A stretch of 64,000 nucleotides of DNA. It comes from Botryllus schlosseri. Lineage: Eukaryota. The notes under the pieces are model-generated. The model was not told the origin of the DNA. It was given only the letters and a program-made list of their open reading frames with translations, and ran no database searches. The translations under genes were made by a program, and so were the position numbers. Positions 41,501 to 53,500 of this stretch are shown here, piece by piece. Position 1 is the first letter of the stretch. Each line of letters starts with the position of its first letter. Location: contig CM119372.1 of assembly GCA_051294905.1 (NCBI GenBank), forward strand, positions 620,001 through 684,000, read 5' to 3'.

Positions 41501-44500
41501 ACGACTCTGGCTTGAGTCGGTGGTGAATTGAAAATGACTCGACTTGACTCGCTTCAAAACTGAGTAAGATTGACTTGTGACTCGGAATCTATGTGACTTG
41601 GTTTCAAGACTGGTTTCACGATTGGCACTTACGTGGTTTGCAAATTGTTTCCGCGATCCATTCTTCAAATCTGACCAGATCGATGAAGGTCTGTAATACG
41701 CGAACGTGCCCCTGAGTTGGTTCTGATGCAATCTTTGACAATTCAAAGTAATTCGGTCCTGGAATACAACAACCATAGCAGAGTTGGCCAACTAGAATAT
41801 TTGCAGCTTTTCCAAATTAGATTAGAAATAGAACCCAGAGTGGAATTGGTGGAAACGTCACGGATAACTTTCGGCACTTCTTCGTTATTCCCCACACATC
41901 GAAAAAATGATCCCCATGACACCAATAAATGTTTCCCATGAACATTACCAGAAAAATTTATAAACGTCAAAATGAATTGTTCATCGCGTTGGGGTGGGAT
42001 AGACGGATATTAGGAATGGGGGAGGGGGATATTAGGATGGGTTAGGGTTAGGATATCCTAATATTAGGGTTGGGGATATTAGGGTCGGGAGATATTAGGG
42101 TGGGTTAGGATTAGGTTTGGGGATATCAGGGATGGGGAGGGGGATATTGGGGTGGCTTAGGATATCCTAAGATTAGGGTCGGGAGATATTAGGGTGGGTT
42201 AGGATATTCTAAGATTAGGGTTGGGGATATTGGGGAGGAGGATATTAGGGTGGGTTAGGGTCAAGGTTGGGATATCCTAAGACTAGGGATGGGGGAGGAG
42301 ATATTAGGGTTAGGATATCATAAGATAAGGGTTGGGGATATTAGGGTCAAGGATGGGGTTAGGATATCCTAAGATTAGGGTTGGAGGTGAAGATTACAAC
42401 ATTCCAAACCCTAATCTTGGGATACCTTGACCCCAAATTTAACCCTAATCTCGGGATATCCTACCTCAACCTTGACCCTAACCTACCCTACCACCCTCAC
42501 CCGCAACCCCAATCTTAGGATATCCTAACCACCCAAATAGCCCCTTCCGCAACCCTAATCTTAGGATATTCTAACTCACCCTAATACCGCCTTCCCCAAC
42601 CCTAATATCTCCAACCCCGACCCCAATATTCCCTTCCCAGGACCCTTATATCTCCCACCCCGACCCTAATACTCCCCTAGTCATAATCCCCAATTTATTT
42701 TGACGTGTATAAATTTTCACATGTTCATGGGAATCATTTATTGGTTTCATGGTGATCACTTCTGGATGTGTGAGGAATAACAAAGAAGTGCCGAACTTTC
42801 TGTTTAATTACCTAATTATTCTATGCAGAAAAGCTCTCATCACTCAGAATTTATTTCAAAAGATGAACCGACATTCCATAGGGCAGTGGTTCTCAACCTT
42901 TTTGGCTTCGCGGACCCCTTTTGACCGTCACGGACCCTCGCGGACCCCCTCAAGTTTCAGTTCAATTTTAGCTCTATTATGGTGCAACCTTCATCTGTCT
43001 TCTGCAAATATGAACTGTAGGCTTGTGATAAACAGCAAAATAATGATTTTTCTTGAAGATAACATCATACTATTTATGTAGAAATTGGTGGACAGTTAAT
43101 ATTTCAAAGCTAATTTTGCTGCTGTATTTCTTGAAGTACGTGGTCGTGTCTTGAAAGTCCGCGTCTTCGTTTTGATATGAACGAGGAGTGCCGACAACCA
43201 TTTCCGCAAAGATAGATGGAAGCTAATGCAATATTAACGCATAACGCTTCCGACGATACTTTTGGTGTGATCGCAACATTGATGGCACCAAAATGAAGAA
43301 ACACATATTTTATGCACGTATCACGTCCAGCATCTAGCGCAGGGACGGGCAGGGCAACATACGGACCGCGGGCCGCATTCGGCCCGCAGAGAGTTCCTAT
43401 CGTCAAAGTGAAATCCTAATCTAAAAGTATATAGACAAATTTTATGCTCCAAAGAATGGATCCACGTTTTCCAACCAGAGAAAGACTGTCATGAAACTTG
43501 TTTTGTTCGGTTTTACATATATATTTACGAGCATACATTTTCGACCATGAACAATTGAACATTAACAAGACAAGGCTGCATACCAATCTAACTGGTGATA
43601 TGAATTTCAGGGTTGGAGTGTATAATGCTTTGATAGCAACGAAACACTCCTTGTTCATAAAAAAATCAGCTTTGTCGATAGGGCATCAGCAATAAGAATG
43701 CGCCAAATCTGATAGCCGAGCTTTAAGAGCAGGTATATCATTGTCCGATTTATGACGAGTGTCAGCCGAAAATATTCGGGCTCATTTCAATAAGAATATA
43801 CTATTCAATTGTATATTAAAGTTCTGTACCTCCAAGAAGTTGTTCCTTGCATTGGGACAAATTATGGAAATACTTCGGAAATTTTTATTTCAAACGACTG
43901 TTCATTAATTTGATGAGACTGACAACTTCAAATCGAGAAGGTTTTGCATACATAGCGAAGTCACCCTGATTGACGTTATTACTATCTCCATATTTTTATT
44001 TTTTCCACAAACCCCAACAAAAGGTTTAACAGCAATATGTTTGTATCAGCAGGTTATTGGAAAATTGGCAATGAAAATGAGATTCCACACTACGATAGTC
44101 CATGTATAGGACGATTATTATGATGATATGAGTCATGAGGTTTTAGCAGTTGGGGTGCGAAACTGCCTCATGCTTTCTCAAATTAAAAAATAAAATAAAA
44201 ATTCGGTTATCAACCCTTTTAAAAATTTAGAGGTCTCGCGGACCCCCTGAAATTGCTTCGCGGACCCCTGGGGGTCCGCGGACCCCCGGTTGAGAACCGC
44301 TGCCATAGGGGATATAGCTACTAGTAAAGTTCTAGAATTACAATTCCATAACTGAATTCTGGAAAACTTGGAAATTGAATGCAATTCTGATTCAGATGGA
44401 AATCCAACAGAAATCGAGTTCACTTCATATCACATCAGAGTTCATCCTCATAAGCACAAGAATGGCAAATGTCTATACAATGATCTTGGCTCGTTTCGCA

Positions 44501-47500
44501 CTGCACAATTCTCCTGTAGCATTTTCAGGAAAGCCAAAAATCAGATTAAAATTAAAATCACAGCATAGAAACATTTCAAAAATTTGATTAGAATTTCATT
44601 TTCACTCACTATCGATGCCAAACACGATGATCCTGCAATGTTTTCGAAGTTCGGCTGCAGGCTCCGCACTCAAGTCACTGGACACCCCTTCTATTATTAT
44701 AACACAAACCGCGTCCAGCTCGGGACGACGACCTACAACACATCATATTATACATAAATATTATGCATATATTATTGCATATTGAAGTTCTGTACCTCAA
44801 AGAGACTCTTCATAAAAACTCATTCACGATTCGGTGCCCTGTTTATGCCGTTCGTTATTACAAACATAATTGTATTGTATCTATATTTCGAATTTGGTTA
44901 ACCGCATTTACCATCGTTCGCTCCTGACGAGAGTCAGCCAGCTTCCAGTGGACTAAATTTGGCAATATGAACAATTGAACATATTCTTCGACGGTGTAAT
45001 ACTATTATTGAAGTTCTGTACTTTCAAACAACTATTCAATACAGAGATGCCACTGGGATATTTCGGAAAAACCCAGATGTGGAGGCGAAATAAACCCAGA
45101 AAAACCCAGATCCTATATTTCACGCAAAAGGCACGAGATAGCTGTGAAAGTGGAGCCTGATAGCCGTCGAATACACTCATACAGTCATTGAAGCCTTTAA
45201 TATTGAATTTACAACCGTTCAGAATACACATTTTGCTTGGTTAACACTGCGAACCGCACAAAAAACATGTTGTTTTCCTCTCGACACATCGCAATGATAA
45301 AATTGGGGCGCAGCGTGAATAGTTGATAGAGTACCGGTACTAATTATATCATCGCGCTGCGAAAGTTCAATGCAATGCCATTCCCTATTTCTAAGGATGA
45401 TTTCATGTATTTCAGCGACCTGAACAGATTGAAAGTAGCTTTCGATTGATTAATCCTACGACAATCACTTTTATTTGGAATAATCACAGACCAATGTATA
45501 GTGGAAATAAATAACTGCCAAATCATGAAATTCAGGGTTAGGGTAAGGGACTTAGGGTTAGGGTTCGAATGTGCTGATAGTGATAACCAATGCCTCTGAT
45601 TAACTTAATAGTGGTGTCCAGCTAACTGACTCTCTCTCTCTCTCTCTGAGTGTCCCTGTTGGAACTATAAATATAATCAGATAACAATAGGATTATATTA
45701 GTCGGATCATCACCTGGTCTGTTCATGTGCTTGTGCATACCATACAGTTACATGATATTTATCGATACATGCCGAATTGTTCACCAAGTGCCGAGTTCGC
45801 TACTGGCAATCGTCCTATATGAAGATGACTTTCTGCGATCTGGAAGTTACCATTCAATGAAGCTCCATCGCATCAAGCCGAAGACTCTCATTTTAGTAGT
45901 GAAATAGATTCTTAACACTCTGTCGTTACAATAACAGCAAAATCCATCGACAATGGTGAACTGAAGTGCGTGCATTTTACGATATTGCGACCATACTAAT
46001 CTAATATTTAATTTTCGAGCGTAAAACTGACCTGGCGAACTGGATGTTGAAAAAAACCCAGATTTCAAGGATAAAAACCCAGAAACCCAGGTGATGCTCA
46101 AAAAACCCAGATCTGGGTGGAAAAACCCAGGAGTGGCATCTCTGATTCAATATTCATGCGTAAATTTCCATACAGGGGAGATCCCCTGCTGTATTTATGT
46201 CAGAATTATTGAACCACAACACGTCACATCAATTTCGCAGCAAATGACTATAGGTTAATAGTTATCTATAAAATGATCCAGGTTCAGCCCAGTATAGACA
46301 AGATAGAAAAATAATCTTGCCAATATACAACCGCATAGATTGAGGAATAAGATGTCAAAAATAATTTTCTACGGAACAAATCCGAAATTAGTAAATAAAC
46401 GGGAATGGAAACCGAAAATTGAAAGTCTACTGCCGTCAAACCTCCGATCTCGTTCGAAAACTTATCGGCAACATATTTCATCGCCTTTCCGACATTGGTT
46501 GCACGATTGCCTCCGCCCCAAAACTTTGTCCTCGCCAACAGCTTACGCAAAGCAGGAACGCCTGTGGTCTCGTTCAGCATCATAACGTCTTGAACTTCTT
46601 TATTAAATCTAAATATGGAGTTTTTCGATTCCTTGTGACGGCCACTATAACCAATAATGTCAACTCACACAGTGATGGAAAATCTGTTGGATTCCGGACC
46701 CACGTCGATTTGCCGCGCCACGTTCACGATAAAACTGCGAACGTTTTCAAACGATTTCCTGCCCGTGTCGCGGGAGGTTTCCACTATGAAGAAAATGTCG
46801 AGCGGTCCTTCGCGGCACTCTGCGAACAGAATGGAAGGAGTATAGTACTTGCGATCGTGAAATTCAGTTTTCGTGGAAACAGAAATGTGAAAAACTTTTG
46901 GAGATTCACGAAAATATCAAGTTTGATTCGGTGGGGCAGAATTGCAAAGCTAGAAAATATTGAGATAGCTTCCAAATTGTATAAGAAGTATAGTAATATA
47001 GCTACATCTTATTTTCCATATTAGGATTAGAATTAGAATTGCTGATTTCGCGAAAACGTGCCAAGTCAATTAATACCCGAATCGGAAAGAATCATAACCA
47101 GGACTTTGGAGCCGGAGCCCGGAGCCGGAGCCCCGGAGCCGTGCATTTTTACCGGAGCTGGAGATGGAGCCGGAGCTCTACATCAAATTCAGCCGGAGCC
47201 GGAGCTGGAGCTAGTTATTTGAGGGGTAGCTCCGGCTCCGACGTATTTCATAAGATGCTATTATATATGCAACAACCATAGCCTATCTGCTGAGTTCACA
47301 TAATTCAACAGCAGGCCTTCGCGAAATTAAGAGACTTTGGCGCTACATTTTCCGACTAACCATGTTCCTGGGGGTTTAACAGCAGAGCAGTCATATGTTC
47401 AATGCTCAATTTTCATACATGAGTGCCGAACCTCGGTACGTTAGATATGCCTGAGAATATTGTGGGTATTTGGCATACCCGCAACTTCATCCTCAGCACA

Positions 47501-50500
47501 ACCTTGTTGGCCAATCGTACGGTTCGAAAATAATGATCACTATGTATTTCGCGAAATGGGAGAGAGGATAAAAACGTGATTTCGTTTCACATGTCGATAT
47601 GAAGAGCACGAGCCGAGAAATTCCATTCATCGTTGCTATGAATCGGATGAGCAAATAGCCTACTCGTTCTTTTGTGATAGTTCTTTAATCGGGCCGCGAA
47701 ATTGGACAGTGTTATTGAGAATGCAATTATGCATGCGAATTGGAATTCATTACTGCGCATGATCGTCATTAACTCCAGTAAGGATTTTCGAGCGTGAATC
47801 GGGGATGGCAGAAGAGTAGCCCAAAACGTCTTTACTCTCGGCGAACAATTGTCGCGGTGCGAGCTACTCAATGCGATGTCCGGACCCATGGTACTTTATG
47901 TTGGAGACAAATTACTGATTTGATACGCGATTTCCAATTTGTAATCATCTGTTTCGTAAATTCATTTTTGAAGTCTGCTTGATAGCCTACTCTAGTATTG
48001 CCGGATTATCGCGCACTGTAACTTGTAAAAATGTGCAATGTGTATACTGCATAGTTTAATTCGTTATGGGCATGGCGTAATTGTGCATGGCACAGTGTTT
48101 AATTCGATTATTCGATTCGTTTCAACGGGAAAATATTATATTCCGATAAACTTGATCGACACCGGATTGACTGGTAACGAGTGCACCAATATCGAACGTC
48201 AAACCATTGACCATTTTGTACAAATCGAATTTCTATTGATCAGGTCGTGATGTCCGCCCATATTGCTCTTACCACAGTTACAGTTCAATAATAATCGCTT
48301 ATTTAAAGATTGAATTATGTATGAAGTATGGCTTAACATTAGCGAGTACAGTGCCAGTGTTAAAACGCCGCATCAGTAATTTTCATACTGTACACAGCAG
48401 TTGCATGGAGTAAAGTGCGTTCTAGTGCAACTATGATGTTCTCGACCAGGGGTCGGCAACCTTTGCTAGTCTCGGGCCAAATGTGCACTCAAGCCACTGC
48501 AGAAACTACAGCATAAAGTACTCCGAATCATAGCTAGGGCCCTAAAGGGGCCTGGCTGCCTATCCAATAAGTCGCTGCTGAAGAGATTCGGCGTCCTAAA
48601 CATAGAAGATATGCGGAAACTAGAAATCGCCAAGTTTATGTATCAGTTTCACTGCGGTCGTTGCCCCGAATATTTCAATGACTTCTTTGCCTCTGAATCA
48701 AAAGCGCACAAGTACAACACACGCGCGTCCATGTCGTCCAAATATCATATGATCGACCAAAAAGATCATCGCTATATCAAATATGCCGGACCTGATGTGT
48801 GGAACAGAATCCCGTCGGCCATCCGGCAGTCGACGAGCATGTCCACATTCAAGTCGAAATACAAGCAATTACTACAAAATAAATACACTCCATCCTCAAG
48901 ATTACCGGACCACGACTGACCTATCGATCTCGCTTCCCATGACATGCCGCCCTATTTCTTGTCGCTTCCTTTTTCTATACTATCTTTCTTACTTTGTGTG
49001 CATACTGTGCATGCATCCTCTTTACACCGCCTAGGCCAATGTTGGTGTCTGATTCCATAGACAACTCCTGGTCGCTTCGACATCTTCCTTTCTTTTCATT
49101 GTATCGCATTTTTTGTGGTGTATTGAACTGATAAAATTGCTAATAAACCAATGATGATGATGAAAAAAAAATGTCGAGTGCACAACTCGTTGGCGGGCCG
49201 CGGACTTTTCATACTATAATTCACTCTCACTGCAGTATATTGCGCTACATTTTTGCGATCTCAATCATACCAATCACAAAAAGAGCAAATGTATTCACAC
49301 TTAAACAATACAGCATCAATGTGACACTTGATGCTGTTTTCTTTTTGAACGTTTTTTTTTTGACATGTGGTACCAAGCCAGATGAAGCAAGAAACTGAAC
49401 ATTTCCTGAATGGGCGTCGGACATGCGCGATCTTAGTCTGTTCTTCGTGAATTTCATTATTGAACACAATTGTTTACTTGTGTACGTGCTACCAAATATA
49501 GATGCCATCTCTTTTGCATGTTTGGTCAAACTGGGACCACTTTCAAGGAGGTATACTTTTTTTGAAAGTCCAGCCGCGATATGCCCCTTGTATGAAATTT
49601 TTCCTCGGTCCCTGCCTTGCATTTCAATAAAGTCCATTTGAAATCTTGTGGGAATGTTATTGACGTCCACATCACACGGAGTACTGAATAGCCTGAATTT
49701 ATTTTCTAGAGAACGAATGTCGGAATCGCGTGAGGAAAATTTCGTAACTCAATTTCGTATCGCAGTGACCCATACAGTGTTGCAACTAGGTTTGCTCTCT
49801 TCCAGTGTAGGAAAGTAAGCACGATTTTTTGTCCAATTTACGTCCCATTTACACGCCCAAAGTGACGGTTTTCTTTCAAATGCGAGTAGGCACACCTCAT
49901 GTATCAGTTGTTAATTGTTTCTTGCTTCTAACCCTAAGTTGCAAATTCAATTCAGATATGACGTTGAAAAGCAAGTATAGGATACCTATTCCGGATCACG
50001 AACTTCTGTCGCGTTAGTGTTTTTATTTTCAGCTTACTCAGTCGTGCAACCATAAATCCTCGACTTAGCCAGCGAACATTGCAGAAATTCAGGACATCGC
50101 CATCTATGTTTTCTGCTTTTAGTAAGAGGTGGCGAAACTGTCGGGGATTCAGTTTGTGGGACATACTACTAGTTAGTATAGGGACTAGGGTAGTTAGGCC
50201 TATATCGTCTACGCACCAGTTCTATGCCGTAACAATAGACTAGTAAATGTACTTACATCGTGACAATGCTACGATTTTCCTGCAAAGTGCTAACTCAACT
50301 CAATAAGAAACGACGGTGATAACTAATTATTATGATGCCGCTGCTGCGGGTTGCACACCCCTGATATAGACAGACACCTTCGATAGTTTTCCGAGCCGGA
50401 GCCGGAGCTGGATCCGGAGCAGTGGTAATAATGTGGCTCCGGAGCTGGAGCCGGAGCTAGTGTATGACAGAAGAAAGCTCCGGAGCCGGAGCTGGAGCAA

Positions 50501-53500
50501 GGCAAATTTACGGCTGCTCCAAAGCCCTGAATACAACACAAATCAGGTTCAGTTTCTATCAACTCAGAGATCATTCTCGTAACCAGCATGAGAATGCCAG
50601 TAATGTCTGAATACAGCAAGCTTCGGTCGTTTCGTACTACACCGTTCTTCTACAGCATTTTGAGGGAAACCAGAAAATATATTAGAATCAAAAGGATAGC
50701 ATAGATCTCGCCTTCCGACGGATGCTAACTCTTTTGTCGCCAGTCTTTTTATACGATCTACTTTTACTCTTTTTATTCAGTTGGCATCCCTCCTTTTTAC
50801 ATCGCCTAGGCCAGGTGGGTGTCTGATTTCAAAGACTACTCAAAGTCGTTTCGACAAATCCTATCTATCCATTGTATCGCAGTCGTGTGGTGCATTAGAA
50901 TGATGAAATTGTTAATTGAGTTGAATGAATAAATATCTGGACGATTTAATTTAATAGCTCTCAGATAGGCTACATTTATATTCTATTTAATTAATAATTT
51001 TGGCGAAAAAGATTCAAAGCATCTTTAATGTACAAACGGCTTCTCGAAACATTTTGTGGAAAATAACCCGAGCTAGCGTGGCGGGAGTATTTTAACGGGG
51101 AATTACCGATCTAAAGTACGCGCAATTCATTTTACATAAATTGCGCGTTGCAAGCATTGTCGGTAGGCTATATTTTCGCGCCAAGTGCAACGAAAAATGT
51201 CGAGATTTTGCAGATTTTGTCGACTGTTAAATTTGCAATGAGAACTCAGGGATATATAGAACTGCTGTTCTCTAGCACATCATCATTAAGCACATGTCCC
51301 TACTTCCCCATATAATGCGACGCCATTTTTCTTCAGCGCCCCAAATATCGGCCACTGATCGTTTCCGCCCTCTTGGGGCGCTGGAGCCCAGGTTGAGAAC
51401 CGCTGCTCTAATTAGACAACAAGATTTATCTAGATGTAGAAGTCTGCTCTGGAGCAGCGATTCTTTACTGGGGTGCACACCAGAGTTGGATCAATTGTAA
51501 TTTGTAATTGTAATTGAGTGTAATTATTACATTTTTCAATGTAATTGTAATGTAATTGTAATTGAAGCATTTTTATTTCGTGTAATTGTAATTGTAATTG
51601 TAATTTGACAAAAATTTTGCTCAATTACAATTTCAATTACATTAAATTGCTATTGAGACCTGACAAGCACAACATAAAATAATTGACTTATAACGCATTC
51701 TCTTTAAATGTCGACAAGGAATTTGGTAGATCCATTCGCGGAAGCCCTTGACTTGGCCCTTGCGGTCGAAGTTTTTTTATTTTTACCGCTATGCTGGCCT
51801 CGGCTGCCATTGTATACAATTTTTAGATTACTAATCAACGAATGGATTCGCAACACGTGACTCACGAGTGAATACGCCGAGCAGCGAACTGCTGAGCCGG
51901 CTAAAAGCAGCAGAATTGATAGTCCCATAGCTGGCAATCCAATCGTCGAAATTTGATATGTATGGTCCTAATCGAAAGCTAGTGTCGCACTGATTCCGCA
52001 ATAAAAGTATATTTCCAGGCAATGGTACCATCCCAAAATAGTCGTGAAAGTCTGGGAATCGGCATTGTTCTGAACAATCGCTGGGCGTAATTGGTAATTG
52101 TTGTGGCCATGCTGATGCAGCGCTCTCACTTTTCAGAACAGTCGGCCTTAAACGGCTATTTTGGAGCAGTTACATTGCCCTGTATGATTTTTTTTGTATT
52201 TTCGGAATTAGTACATCAATAGCTTACGATAAAGACCAGATGCATCAAATTTGGACGCATGGATCGCCAGCTCTAGGACTACAAAGTTTGCTGCTTTTAG
52301 CCGGCTCTGCAGTACGTTTGTCGGTGCATTCATCCGTGACTCACATCTTGCGCATCTATCCGTGGGTTGGCAATCTACAATACGATTTCAGATCACGATA
52401 CTGCATCGTTACTTCGTCTGGCTAACTAACCAGACCACTGGATATTATATAACGTCTTATCTGACAAAGCACGGTTTTGTTTTACTCCTCATCCTAATTC
52501 CTACGTCCCTCGATAAAATTAATATTATTTCTTTAATTGTATACTATATACGCAAATCCAACACGTGCATTTATTATAATACTTTTTCAACGACATACTG
52601 CACCCTATCCTTAATCCTAGCCCATAGGAAATTAGGTAAATAACATTTTACATTTCCAATTACGTGAGCCATAATTACCGAGCATACAAAACACGCTTTT
52701 ATTACGTCACAATGACATCTTACATAGCATACTATGTACGCACATAAACGCATTTATTACTACACAATCTGAACTAGACTTGAATTGTTGTTAAATACGA
52801 CGCTACGGTTGTCAAGGAGCACGGTTGAATTTATGATTATTCAATTACATGTTCAACAGCAGCAATTGTAATTGTAATTGTAATGTAATTGAAGCATGCA
52901 AGGAGTAATTGTAATTGTAATTGTAATTTGATATTTTTAGCATTGAGTAATTGTAATTGTAATGTAATTGAAACATGCATGAAAGTAATTGTAATTGTAA
53001 TTGTAATTGAACTGAAATAATGTAATTGATCCAACTCTGGTGCACACTGCATACGAACCCAATATGCGTTGTTAGCCAGTCTCACGACTCGAGTCAGACA
53101 AATCATTACAACCCTGATAAATATTCATTGCCATCTTCTTGTTTTGTGTGAAAGTCATGTTTCAATGGCCTTGTTCTATTAACACTGCTGTTGTGCAGCT
53201 ATATTCTATAGTCATGTATTAGCTGTGTAATGTTGTAGATATTCTTGTGACTAAGTGAAAATTTCTGGTTCGCCGAAGGCTAGCAGTTTAGCGTAAAGGT
53301 TCGTCAGGTTCGTAAAGGTTAATTACCAATGGTTTGTTGGATTGTGACGCAAAGAAGCCATGAAATAGGTAAATTAAAATTTCTTCTCCTTGGGATTATC
53401 AAATGTCGTCACTTATTGCAGTTTATTTGTTGGTTAACGTTCGGTAACTAAACGATCAAAGAGATTATTGCCATCGAACGATTGTTTTCTGACATTTGTG

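Larger units (their letters stand above)
47099..50529. mobile_element. hAT-type element with (GGAGCC)n subterminal repeats, hosting nested elements
   Basis: TIR CAGGACTTTGGAGC / GCTCCAAAGCCCTG with diverged TSD-like flanks (ATCATAAC / AATACAAC). A related end lies at ~29484-29620. Confidence 0.75.

Noticed and set aside
41111..41791. 226-aa ORF, and the 201-aa plus-strand ORF at 46419..47024
   Set aside because: Off-frame or antisense to real VWA exons and running into repeats.
41990..42690. Relic of a telomere-telomere chromosome fusion
   Set aside because: It is bounded by TIRs and a TSD and lies inside an intron of a continuous gene.
536..46819. Naming the gene COL12A1/COL14A1, tenascin, fibronectin or a receptor PTP
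   Set aside because: Domain order and count do not match, and the diagnostic C-terminus is outside the window.
536..46819. Non-canonical (non GT-AG) introns
   Set aside because: Every intron traced could be resolved with GT-AG ends.
51704..52425. Two small ORFs with signal-peptide-like LLLLAGSAVR segments
   Set aside because: Translation artefacts of an inverted repeat inside a transposon.
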